Shown piece after piece: positions 35,968-45,017 of a stretch of DNA of 64,000 nt (the stretch's first letter is position 1; the number at the start of each line of letters is the position of its first letter). The stretch covers positions 53,388 to 117,387 of the forward strand of contig JBAZQN010000002.1 in NCBI GenBank assembly GCA_041645165.1, written 5' to 3'. Origin of the DNA: Patescibacteria group bacterium. Lineage in GTDB: Bacteria > Patescibacteriota > Patescibacteriia > 2-02-FULL-49-11. The notes below the pieces were generated by a model that was given only the letters and a program-made list of their open reading frames with translations, searched no databases and was not told the origin of the DNA. The translations under genes and the position numbers were made by a program.

Positions 35968-37371
35968 TTATCCTTCCCACTCTTTATCGCCCTCGGCTGA
36001 GGGTTTGGGCGCCGCGATGTCGGCCGCATAACGGTTCAGCTCTGCGATACGGTCGCGGATTTGCGCCGCGCGTTCAAATTCCTGGCGTGCCGCAACCGCG
36101 TGCATTTCGCTTTCGAGTTTCTTTACCATTTTCTCAATTTCTTTCCGGGGAAGCTGGGGGATTTGCGCATCAGTGCGCTGGCGGATATCTTCGTCTTCGT
36201 TGTGGGAAAGTTCGTCTACGAGCCCAGAGCGCTGCCAATCAAAGGCGGTAAAGATAATAGTATGGTAGAGATGCTTGGCATTTTCCTTTGTTTTGTCGGT
36301 CACTTTTGGCGTTTTCAGAATAGCATTATAGAGCTCTTTGGCGCCGCGTTCGATCATTTCAATGGACCACCATGGCTTTGCCGATGCCCACCAGTATTGG
36401 TCAGAATGCAGCGCCTTATCAAGCGTATCCCGTGCCGCCGGATATCCCGGGTCATTGTGCGCAGCGTTATTGACCGTTTTAATCGCAAGGCGGGTGAGTT
36501 TCCATTGGAGCGTATGTATTGAATTGTCCTTGTCGTCCCATCGCGCAAACGGCACCTTGCGTTCCAAATCTTTTTCCATGAGCGCCCAGGTGGACGGCTG
36601 CGGGGAGACGGTAGTGCGGTGTGAAAAATATTTCGGCAGATCGGAAATAAAAACCGTGGTGAGCTTCGGGGAACGGTAGATTTCAAACAGCAGCTGCTCA
36701 AGGCCTGGCCGGTGGTGGCCAAAGGTCTCGCCGTCCATGGCAGTGAGCAGATATTCATTGCGTTTCAGGCGTTCTCCCAGCGATTCAATCAGGAGGTTTC
36801 CGGTGCCTACTTGCCCTGAAAGGATCACCCAGCTCATGCGGCGCTCGCGGAAGTAGATGTTGAAATTTTCTAATCCCTCGATGGTGTAAAGGTGGGTATA
36901 GTCCAAGGTGCGGCCGCGCGGGAACGAAAGCTCGTCCGCGATAATCCACTCAAACCCGAGTTCCTGCACGGTGCGCGCCACCTCGAGCGAAAACGCCATT
37001 TCGGGAGGGAAGAATCCGCGCGGGCGGTAGAGTTCTCCGAAATATTTTTTATGCGTTTCATTATTAAGTTCGATTTGCCGCACCATCTCCTCCTTGGGGA
37101 GGAATGGGAGGAGCGGATGGTATTTTGCCGAACCGGTCAATTCAAGCTGGCCTCGCGCAAGGAGGGTGCGGACATCTTCGATTACCTCATCCTCGCCGCA
37201 CTCATCCCAGTGCTCGACCAACACCCCGTTGATGTTGACTGTCAATTTTGCCTCAGGCGCAGTTTTGAGTTCGTGAAAAATTTTTCGGTATGATTCTGCG
37301 GTTACGCGTTTAATCCAATGAGGTTTCTGCGTGGGAGGTTGGTAGAGATGGAGAAAATTAGCCCAGTACAT
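35968..37371 (-). CDS. Glycoside hydrolase family 57 protein (alpha-glucan-processing) with a C-terminal UVR (UvrB/UvrC-like) helical motif
   Basis: N-terminal YWANFLHLYQPP (GH57 HQP-like), a GETFGHH region, and C-terminal AARQEFERAAQIRDRIAEL (UVR-like). The internal Met start is chosen to avoid overlap with glgA-2. Confidence 0.65.
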   Translation of the reverse strand: MYWANFLHLYQPPTQKPHWIKRVTAESYRKIFHELKTAPEAKLTVNINGVLVEHWDECGEDEVIEDVRTLLARGQLELTGSAKYHPLLPFLPKEEMVRQIELNNETHKKYFGELYRPRGFFPPEMAFSLEVARTVQELGFEWIIADELSFPRGRTLDYTHLYTIEGLENFNIYFRERRMSWVILSGQVGTGNLLIESLGERLKRNEYLLTAMDGETFGHHRPGLEQLLFEIYRSPKLTTVFISDLPKYFSHRTTVSPQPSTWALMEKDLERKVPFARWDDKDNSIHTLQWKLTRLAIKTVNNAAHNDPGYPAARDTLDKALHSDQYWWASAKPWWSIEMIERGAKELYNAILKTPKVTDKTKENAKHLYHTIIFTAFDWQRSGLVDELSHNEDEDIRQRTDAQIPQLPRKEIEKMVKKLESEMHAVAARQEFERAAQIRDRIAELNRYAADIAAPKPSAEGDKEWEG

Positions 37372-37387
37372 AGGGAGAGTAATAAGT

Positions 37388-38890
37388 TTATAAGTGTCCC
37401 GCGGGGCGGGTCTTGATCGCATGTTGATGCAAGACAAGCGCCTTGCGGTATACTTTTACATATTTTTTTGCAGGCAATACCCACGAATACACCTGCTGCA
37501 TGCCGTTGCTCACAAGATTATGCCAAGATGCGGGGTAGCGGTAATTTACATGCGCCCGCGTGACTGCCACGAGCAGGTCGCGTGAGTCATAGGTGCGGAA
37601 GGTGAAGCCGTTTCCTTTGCCGGTGCGCGGATTGAAATCAACAACCGTGTCACGCAATCCGCCCACCGAGTGTACGATGGGTATCGATCCATAGCGGAGC
37701 GAGATAAGCTGTCCCAAACCGCAGGGTTCGAAGCGCGAGGGCATAAGAAACATATCTGATCCCGCGTAAACCTTTGTGGTGTTGATGGTATCAAATTCAA
37801 GATGTACTGCGACTTTAGTGGCATGTCGTTTGCGGATGCGATCGAAGAATTTTTCATACGCTTTATCGCCTGCGCCAAGAATTACCAGCTGCAGGTCAAG
37901 GCGCAAGAGCGGCTCCATAATTTCGATAAGCAGTTCGAGCCCTTTTTGTTCGGAGAGCCGCGAAATGAGGGTATAGAGCGGGGTGCGGGGAGCCACAGGG
38001 AGAGAGAGCCAGCGCTGAAGTTCGCGTTTATTCACCCCTTTCATCTGCAGCGAGTCCGTATCATAGTTTTGCCATAAACCAGGATCTGTTTTTGGATTAT
38101 AGTCTTGATAATCAATGCCATTAATGATTCCGACCAGGCGCTGTTTGCGGCTTGCGAGGGTGCGGTGCAGGTCCTCTCCGTATTCTTTGGTCAGAATTTC
38201 TTCCGCATACCATTCAGATACGGTCGTGATGATGTCCGCATAGCGCAGCGCGCGTTTGGTGAAGTTGACGTATTGAAATGTGGGATCAGTGGGGTCAGGG
38301 AGTGGCGTATTTCCTGGGTCTTTAAGCTCCAGCGGAATTTCCCACCAGTTATGTGCGCATTGGAATGCGAGATTATGGATCGTGAAGACGCTCGCGGTAG
38401 TTGAAAAGAATTCATCGTGCGCATAATCGGTCTGGAGCAGATAAGGGATTAATCCGGTATGCCAATCGTGGCAGTGGATGATGTCAGGGCGCACATTGAT
38501 AATTTTCAGCGCCGCAAGCACGCAACGGTTAAAAAGCGCAAAATGTGCATTGCCATGATGCGGGTTGTAGACCGCATGTTCAAGGATCGCGTCTTCAAGC
38601 CCTTCCGCGGCAATTGCATAGACGGGGATGCCGCCCTCAAGGGCGCTTACCCAGAGGTCAAACGTGAGTTCACGGGAGCCATACCGCACGTTGCATTTGG
38701 TCTTCACAGGAGTGAAGCGGTGCGTGGTGCGGTCAATAATGCGGTAAAGGGGGATAAAGATGGTTACCTTATGGCCGAGGGAGGCGAGCGCTTTGGGAAG
38801 CGCGCGCGCCACGTCCGCAAGCCCTCCTGTTTTTATGAAGGGATCTACTTCTGATGCTACGCTGCATATCGCGAGTTTTTGTAATGGCAT
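37388..38890 (-). CDS. glgA: Glycogen/starch synthase (GT5), copy 2
   Basis: KTGGLADVARALPKALASLGH and MPSRFEPCGLGQLISLRYGSIP. The start is at the internal Met (MPLQKL) so it does not overlap ruvC. Confidence 0.85.
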   Translation of the reverse strand: MPLQKLAICSVASEVDPFIKTGGLADVARALPKALASLGHKVTIFIPLYRIIDRTTHRFTPVKTKCNVRYGSRELTFDLWVSALEGGIPVYAIAAEGLEDAILEHAVYNPHHGNAHFALFNRCVLAALKIINVRPDIIHCHDWHTGLIPYLLQTDYAHDEFFSTTASVFTIHNLAFQCAHNWWEIPLELKDPGNTPLPDPTDPTFQYVNFTKRALRYADIITTVSEWYAEEILTKEYGEDLHRTLASRKQRLVGIINGIDYQDYNPKTDPGLWQNYDTDSLQMKGVNKRELQRWLSLPVAPRTPLYTLISRLSEQKGLELLIEIMEPLLRLDLQLVILGAGDKAYEKFFDRIRKRHATKVAVHLEFDTINTTKVYAGSDMFLMPSRFEPCGLGQLISLRYGSIPIVHSVGGLRDTVVDFNPRTGKGNGFTFRTYDSRDLLVAVTRAHVNYRYPASWHNLVSNGMQQVYSWVLPAKKYVKVYRKALVLHQHAIKTRPAGHL

Positions 38891-38901
38891 GGAAATGCGT
38901 G

Positions 38902-39375
38902 TTATTTCGGGCGATTGCACATTCCGCACCATGCGATTGCGACTGCGTCGGCAGCGTCATCAGGCCTGGGAGGCTCGTCGAGGTGGAATATGAGGGTAAG
39001 CATTTTTTGCACTTGGCGTTTATCCGCGCTGCCGCTTCCTGTAACTGCCCGTTTTATTTCAAGGGGAGTGAATTCAAAGATGGGGATATTCAATTCCGCA
39101 AGCGTGGTAATGAGCGCGCCGCGCGCTTCGCCCACTACCATGGCGGTTTTCGCGTTTGTCTGAAAGTACAGTTTTTCAATGGCCGCGCGATGGGGGCGTT
39201 GGGCAGTGATGAGTTTTTGAAGCCCCTTGCGCAAGATAAGCAGCCGCGTTGCCGTAGGCTGGTGAGGCTTGGTGGTAATGCACCCCCAGCGGATATTTTC
39301 CACCACTCCTCTTTGAGAGGAAATGAACGCGTAGCCGGTCGTGGCGAGGCCGGGATCGATACCTAATATAATCAT
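38902..39375 (-). CDS. ruvC: Holliday junction resolvase RuvC
   Basis: MIILGIDPGLATTGYAFI catalytic N-terminus and a roughly 157-aa length. Confidence 0.85.
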   Translation of the reverse strand: MIILGIDPGLATTGYAFISSQRGVVENIRWGCITTKPHQPTATRLLILRKGLQKLITAQRPHRAAIEKLYFQTNAKTAMVVGEARGALITTLAELNIPIFEFTPLEIKRAVTGSGSADKRQVQKMLTLIFHLDEPPRPDDAADAVAIAWCGMCNRPK

Positions 39376-39515
39376 AATTCAAAATGCAAAATTCAAAATA
39401 TCCCGCTTTTCGGGATCCCGCAGATTTTAAAACTACGGCAATTTAAGGTGCGGGACATAATTATGGAATCCCGCGAAGCGGGATGATATTCCTTCATTTT
39501 GACTTTTGACTTTTG
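39376..39515. repeat. Intergenic repeat family B, copy 2 (AT-motif AATTCAAAATGCAAAATTCAAAA plus GCGGGAC/TCCCGC/GCGGGAT terminator/attenuator-like segment)
   Basis: Near-identical core to 6845-6912. The AT-motif abuts the ruvC start codon. Confidence 0.6.
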
Positions 39516-39521
39516 CATTAT

Positions 39522-40247
39522 TTACGCGGCGTTGGTCACCACCTCATCCACTTCATCTATTGCCTCGAGGTCTGCGATTAAATTATCCAGTTTGCGTCCG
39601 GTATCCTGATCGGCCACGGGGACAGTCACCGTAGGCTCGAGTCCGATCCCCATTTCAGTAATGGCAATATGGCGCCTCTCCAGCGCGTCCTTCACACGCT
39701 CCAGTGAATGCGGGTCTGTAGTGAGGATGAGCGATTCCGCATGCTCTTCCACATCGAGGCTTCCTGCATCAATCGCCGCAAGTTCCAATTCCTCTTGCGC
39801 TTCTTTGGTGGGCGGCAGCGGTACCAGTACATGTCCCCGCAGCGCAAATTGCCATGCGACTGCATTAGGGCCCGCGAGCGAGGCAGCGTGTTTATGGAGC
39901 ACTGCTTTCAGAGCGCCCACGACACGGTTCCGATTATCGGTGGTGGCGGTGATCACCAGTCCCACGCCTCCCGGCCCAATCACTTCAAGCTGCATTTGTT
40001 CGAGGGCGGCATCGCCTTCGTTTTTCTGCGCCCGCGCAATGGCGCGTTCAATATTCTCTTTCGGCATGTTCGCCGCGCGCGCTTTTTCAATCGCTATGCG
40101 AAGTTTGAAATTTATTTCTGGATTAGGCCCTCCCTGCCGCGCGGCCATGGTGACCGTGTTTGCAAGTTTGGTAAATTGCGTGCCCCGTTTTTGGTCAGTA
40201 ACACCTTTTTGCCTCTTTATAGTAGACCATTTTGAGTGTCGTGACAT
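39522..40247 (-). CDS. yebC: YebC/PmpR-family transcriptional regulator
   Basis: MSRHSKWSTIKRQKGVTDQKRGTQFTKL matches the YebC N-terminus, and the length is about 240 aa. Confidence 0.85.
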   Translation of the reverse strand: MSRHSKWSTIKRQKGVTDQKRGTQFTKLANTVTMAARQGGPNPEINFKLRIAIEKARAANMPKENIERAIARAQKNEGDAALEQMQLEVIGPGGVGLVITATTDNRNRVVGALKAVLHKHAASLAGPNAVAWQFALRGHVLVPLPPTKEAQEELELAAIDAGSLDVEEHAESLILTTDPHSLERVKDALERRHIAITEMGIGLEPTVTVPVADQDTGRKLDNLIADLEAIDEVDEVVTNAA

Positions 40248-40457
40248 GGCATTATCATATCAAAAATTAGCGAAATTTCAAGGTATACATGATTATAGGA
40301 GTTTGCTACAATGAATGTAGCTGTGTACAGATTACGAGAAGAAAAAATTTTTATTTATGCGGGGTATTAAAAGAGGTTAAAAAATAGAATTGTATGAAAT
40401 ACCTTTTTTTCAAAGGTTGGTGGAAAAATACTTTATAAATTTTTATTATTTTTTGGT

Positions 40458-40901
40458 TTGGCTTTTTTAATTTTGATAATAATAGGATTCGTTGTATTAC
40501 AGACAAAAAATAAGGTGACATTGGATCAAGAATTTATATTAAAACCCGGAGAAAAAGTTATGATAGTGGATAATATAAAAAGGACTTATGAAGTTAACTT
40601 TATTGAAATCCAACTCCTGGGTATCGAAGAAAAATCTACAGATGAAAAAAGTAAAGAAATCTGTCGACAGCTTAATACTTGCACCTCGGGGTTTGACTAC
40701 AAAGCTCATCTGAAAATTTTTGGTCATAATAATAAAGTTGTAGAAGTTACACTAGATATGTTGGCAAATATTGATGCGCCAGTACTAACCACTGGTAGTG
40801 GATCGATGGAACGAGTGGCCAGCCCTATACTTCTAGAATTCTTAGAGCTTAAACAAGATTATGCCAAAATAATAATAAAAGATCCTTATCAATTTAAATA
40901 A
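40458..40901 (+). CDS. Hypothetical membrane-anchored protein (in the AT-rich islet)
   Basis: N-terminal TM helix and low-GC codon usage unlike its neighbours. Confidence 0.4.
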   Translation: MAFLILIIIGFVVLQTKNKVTLDQEFILKPGEKVMIVDNIKRTYEVNFIEIQLLGIEEKSTDEKSKEICRQLNTCTSGFDYKAHLKIFGHNNKVVEVTLDMLANIDAPVLTTGSGSMERVASPILLEFLELKQDYAKIIIKDPYQFK

Positions 40902-40904
40902 AAT

Positions 40905-42023
40905 ATGAACCCATTCGAAGTTTTTCAAAAATTAATAATCGGAGTTTTTTGGATACAACTCATTTTATTTTTTGTATTGGCAGGATTAGATATTTTGTTT
41001 TTTAGATTTATCTCCAAGAAGAAATCCTTTCCACGACAAGGTTGGCGTGAAGCCATTTTGACAGCAACCGCGATATTTATTGTTGTCTTTTTTTCAAATT
41101 CAAACTTGAAGATATCCATCAAATCATTAACTTTGAGTGAACCAGTTAGAGATGTTATATTTATTGTTTTGATTATTTTAATATTTTTAGCCCTAAAAAA
41201 TATTTATCAAATTACAAACAAAGAAACAGTTAAGACATTATTGTGGTATACTTTGTACAAAATTATTTCTTTTTTCGCGGTGAGTATTTTGGTAGTTGTT
41301 ATTGCAATGGGTTTCTTGGCAAGTTATTTGCAGGATAATATAAAACAATCAAACAATCAAAAAGTTATAGAAGAAAATATTAAAATAGATTCAGATGGTG
41401 ACGGTTTAGATGATAAATCTGAAAAATTATATGGCACGGATTTAAATAATACTGATACTGACGGAGATGGTTATCAGGATGGTGCTGAAATTAATAATGG
41501 ATATAATCCGTTGACACCTGGCAACGCCAAGTTAAAAAATGAAATTAATACCGCAAACTGGCGAACGTATATAAACAATAAATTAGGTTTTGGGATACAA
41601 TACCCGGAAGATTGGATAATGCAGGATAATACAGAAAAAGAAATCAATAGCGGTATATTTTTTTACCCATCTGACACGATAAAACAAATGGAAGCGGACA
41701 AAAGAGAGGTTGTTAATTTTGATGATTTTGTAAAATATACTTCTATATCAGTAATAAAATATCACAGAATATCAGGGACACTAAGAGAAGAGATAGATGG
41801 TTTTACGAAAGCATCTCCTGGATATTCTATTGAGAATATCACTGTCAATGAATTCAATGGATTTAAATTATCAAGGCAAATGCCAGATAATCAAGAAGTG
41901 GCTCAAATCAATATTTTTTTAGAAACTAATAACGACACGATAGCGATTGAAATACACGGTTCAGATGTAAATAAATATTTAGATACTTTTAATAAATTTA
42001 TACCTACCCTTTATCTACTTTAG
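40905..42023 (+). CDS. Membrane protein with thrombospondin-type-3-like Ca-binding repeats (DSDGDGLDD...TDTDGDGYQDGAEINNGYNPLTPGN)
   Basis: About four N-terminal TM helices, DxDxDG-type repeats, and a C-terminal globular region. It is strongly AT-rich. Confidence 0.5.
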   Translation: MNPFEVFQKLIIGVFWIQLILFFVLAGLDILFFRFISKKKSFPRQGWREAILTATAIFIVVFFSNSNLKISIKSLTLSEPVRDVIFIVLIILIFLALKNIYQITNKETVKTLLWYTLYKIISFFAVSILVVVIAMGFLASYLQDNIKQSNNQKVIEENIKIDSDGDGLDDKSEKLYGTDLNNTDTDGDGYQDGAEINNGYNPLTPGNAKLKNEINTANWRTYINNKLGFGIQYPEDWIMQDNTEKEINSGIFFYPSDTIKQMEADKREVVNFDDFVKYTSISVIKYHRISGTLREEIDGFTKASPGYSIENITVNEFNGFKLSRQMPDNQEVAQINIFLETNNDTIAIEIHGSDVNKYLDTFNKFIPTLYLL

Positions 42024-42112
42024 TTGTAACAAAAAAAGTAAAAAATATTTTGAGTTTCCATAGCATTCCAGGTTCGTTTTTTGGATTTAGAATTTAGAAT
42101 TTTTTATTACCT

Positions 42113-43168
42113 ATGTCTTTCCTTGATGACCTCAATTCGCTCCACACCGTTGATCGCGGTAATATGGTGGAAGAGCTGCGCCTTCTGCCTGCGCGCGTGC
42201 GTGAAGCGGTAGAGGCGCCTTTTCCCTCTGTGGGCGTAGATGGCCGCGCACTCACCGCGATAGCTGTGATAGGGTTAGGCGGTTCTGCGATCGGGGGGGA
42301 CCTTGCCGCGGCAATGGTGGCAGATCTTTGCCCTTTGCCCGTTACCGTCCTGCGCAGCAGCGTGCTTCCTGATTGGGTGAAGCCCTCCACTCTCGTGATT
42401 GCGGTAAGCTATTCAGGCAATACCGCAGAGACCGTGAAAGCGTATCTGCAGGCCAAGGCGCGCGGCTGTATCCTCATCGCCATTGCATCTGGCGGGAGAC
42501 TTGCGGTGCTTGCCGCTGCAGACGGCACCCTGCTCTTGTCGCCGGGATCCTATCCGCAGCCGAGGCTAGCCGTGGGGGCGATAACCGTGCTTATCCTTAA
42601 AACCATTTCAGAAGTCACCGGGATCGCGTGCGATGCCATGTGCAATGCGATGTCGGATGCGTTTTTGAAGATTACCTCCTCGGTGGCGCAAGAGGTGCCG
42701 ACAGAATACAATCCGGCGAAACTGCTCGCCTACCAGCTTCTTGACCGCTTATCCTTAGTGGTGGCAGGAGGGCTTTTGGCGCCTGCCGCGCGCCGATGGA
42801 AAACCCAGATGAATGAAAATGCAAAATCCCTGTGCGTCATGGAAGAAGTGCCCGAGCTTTTTCATAACACGCTCGAAGGGCTCAAACTTCCTGCAGTCGC
42901 GAGCGACCTGAGCACGTGGGTGTTTCTCGAGGCGCCTTCTGATCAGACCGTTTCCCTGCCGCAGCTTGACCATTTTGCCGCATTGCTCAAGGAATCGGGA
43001 TTACGGGTTGAACGCGTGCGCGCGCCTAGCAGTGAGCCGCACGAGGCGCTCTGGTGGATCATCGGGATGGGCGACTGGGTGAGCTATTACCTTGCATGCC
43101 TCAACAACGTGGATCCTATGCCGGTATCTGTGATACAGGGTTTTAAAAAAAGCGTTCCCGTCACATAG
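42113..43168 (+). CDS. Bifunctional phosphoglucose/phosphomannose isomerase (SIS-domain, archaeal-type PGI/PMI)
   Basis: Two SIS-like halves (IGLGGSAIGG..., VVAGGLLAPAARRW) and a roughly 350-aa length typical of the PGI/PMI family. Confidence 0.7.
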   Translation: MSFLDDLNSLHTVDRGNMVEELRLLPARVREAVEAPFPSVGVDGRALTAIAVIGLGGSAIGGDLAAAMVADLCPLPVTVLRSSVLPDWVKPSTLVIAVSYSGNTAETVKAYLQAKARGCILIAIASGGRLAVLAAADGTLLLSPGSYPQPRLAVGAITVLILKTISEVTGIACDAMCNAMSDAFLKITSSVAQEVPTEYNPAKLLAYQLLDRLSLVVAGGLLAPAARRWKTQMNENAKSLCVMEEVPELFHNTLEGLKLPAVASDLSTWVFLEAPSDQTVSLPQLDHFAALLKESGLRVERVRAPSSEPHEALWWIIGMGDWVSYYLACLNNVDPMPVSVIQGFKKSVPVT

Positions 43169-43301
43169 GCGCCCTGCAAAATAACTTCCCACTTTGATTA
43201 ACTATTTTGTCTGGAATAATGACATTATACATCAGAATGATACTACAAGTTATTTTTTCTGGCGCCCATAGCGCATCATTTGCAGACATCAGAACTTTAT
43301 T

Positions 43302-45011
43302 ATGTATCGCATAGGAATCGGAGTGTTCGATAGGAGGCGGGCGTGGGCGGTATTTGCAGGTATTCTTTTTTTTATTCTCGCCGTGTTTTTCCACCATTTT
43401 CCCGATATACGCCCCGCAGATGATTTTAGACGAAGTGTCGACATCTATGCCGATGGGCTTTTCGTTGCGTGGGCGCTTGACTGGGATACAGATTTTTTGC
43501 GCCACCCGCACACGTCTTTGTTTAATGCTCCCATTTTTGCTCCTTACGCCAATACGCTCGCTTATTCGGAGCATTTTTTAGGTGCGGCCATCATGATGTT
43601 CCCTCTCACTGTCATCACTGATGACCCTACCGGCAGCGTTGCCATCCTTGTTGTTCTTTCCACTTGGCTGACGGGGTTGGCTACTTATATGCTCGCGCGC
43701 AATCTTGGCGCTGGCACGGCAGGAGCTTATCTCGCGGGCGTTATCGCGGGGTTTGCTCCTACGCGTTTGAATCACGCTCCCGGACATCTTCATATGCTTA
43801 TGCTGTGGTGGATTCCTCTTTGTTTACTGGCGCTCAATAAATATCGGATGACGCGCTCTCCTGCATGGCTGTTTTTTTTGGGATTGTGCGTTGTCGCGCA
43901 AGGGTTATGTTCCATGCATGGATTATTATTATTACTTATCGCTCTGGGTGTAGCGGCGGCGGCATATGGGCGGAATGAACGCAGCGCATGGCTGTGGCGG
44001 TTGAAGGCGGCTGTTGCGGCGGTTATCGCCCTCGCGGTTCTTAGTCCGGTCATAATTCCTTATCTAAATCTTGCGGGAGACCAGCACTTTACCCGGCCGT
44101 TAAGGGAGCAAATGGTATTTGCTCCGGCACTTGTCGATTTGCTGGTGCCGCCCGTTTTTTTATCTCAAGTTGACAGAGAAAATAATGTGGCGCCCGGGCT
44201 TGCCCCGCTTCTCCTTTTTGCGTTAGGAACATACGCGTTGTGCCGTTGGGACAGCGAGCGCTGCGTCGCGCAACGCATGGTATTCGCATTTTTTCTGTTA
44301 ATGCTCGCGGGAATCGTATTGGCGTTGGGGCCGGAGATGCGCGTGCTAAAAGACGGCGGTCTGTCGTTCGCAGGACCGTATGGGATTCTTAGGTATATTC
44401 CCGGCTTTTCCGGGATTCGCGCGGTGGGGCGTTTTGCCCAGCTTGCGCTCCTCGGCTTAGCGACGTATGTCGGTCTCACTTGGCAAGCGGTCACCGTGCG
44501 TTTGGCGAGATGGCAGAAGACAGCGGTTACGCTTATTGCGTTTGTATTTCTCCTTGGAGAATTTTTTATCACTGCGCCGAGGGCGTATGCGGTGCCTGAC
44601 GGGTTTGACCGCTCCCGGCCCGTTGATATATGGCTCGCGCAAAGGGCGGAAGGATGTACAATCGCCGAACTTCCTTTTGACGACATCCGGACACAAGAAA
44701 ATAAGTCGGTGTTATATATGTACTTGGCTCGCCATCACGGCAAGCGCATGGTCAATGGATATTCCGGCTATGCCCCCGCAGGATATTCGATCCTCGAACG
44801 ATACGCAAATGGATCGGATGAAGCTGAGGCAATCCCCCTACTGCAACAATTGGGTGCGGATTATGTTATTGTACACCCTTCTTTTTATTCAGGGTTAAGG
44901 GGCGAGGAGATTGTTTCCCGCTTCAATACAGATCCCGGGTTGAAGGCGGAGATTGGTTTTCCCGATTCATTTGTGTGGCGCGTGTTGCCCGAAGATCCCA
45001 ATTGTGATTAA
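43302..45011 (+). CDS. Polytopic membrane protein, GT-C-fold glycosyltransferase-like (YfhO/ArnT-like)
   Basis: More than 10 TM helices and an early loop with acidic DxD-like residues (VDIYADG, DWDTD). It belongs to the cluster with GT2 and other GT-C-like genes. Confidence 0.45.
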   Translation: MYRIGIGVFDRRRAWAVFAGILFFILAVFFHHFPDIRPADDFRRSVDIYADGLFVAWALDWDTDFLRHPHTSLFNAPIFAPYANTLAYSEHFLGAAIMMFPLTVITDDPTGSVAILVVLSTWLTGLATYMLARNLGAGTAGAYLAGVIAGFAPTRLNHAPGHLHMLMLWWIPLCLLALNKYRMTRSPAWLFFLGLCVVAQGLCSMHGLLLLLIALGVAAAAYGRNERSAWLWRLKAAVAAVIALAVLSPVIIPYLNLAGDQHFTRPLREQMVFAPALVDLLVPPVFLSQVDRENNVAPGLAPLLLFALGTYALCRWDSERCVAQRMVFAFFLLMLAGIVLALGPEMRVLKDGGLSFAGPYGILRYIPGFSGIRAVGRFAQLALLGLATYVGLTWQAVTVRLARWQKTAVTLIAFVFLLGEFFITAPRAYAVPDGFDRSRPVDIWLAQRAEGCTIAELPFDDIRTQENKSVLYMYLARHHGKRMVNGYSGYAPAGYSILERYANGSDEAEAIPLLQQLGADYVIVHPSFYSGLRGEEIVSRFNTDPGLKAEIGFPDSFVWRVLPEDPNCD

Positions 45012-45017
45012 CGTTTT

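Noticed and set aside
37388-38932. Apparent 30-50-nt overlaps between glgA-2 and ruvC, and between GH57 and glgA-2
   Set aside because: These are artefacts of longest-ORF calling. Internal Met starts (MPLQKL... for glgA-2, MYWANF... for GH57) remove the overlaps and match the family N-termini.
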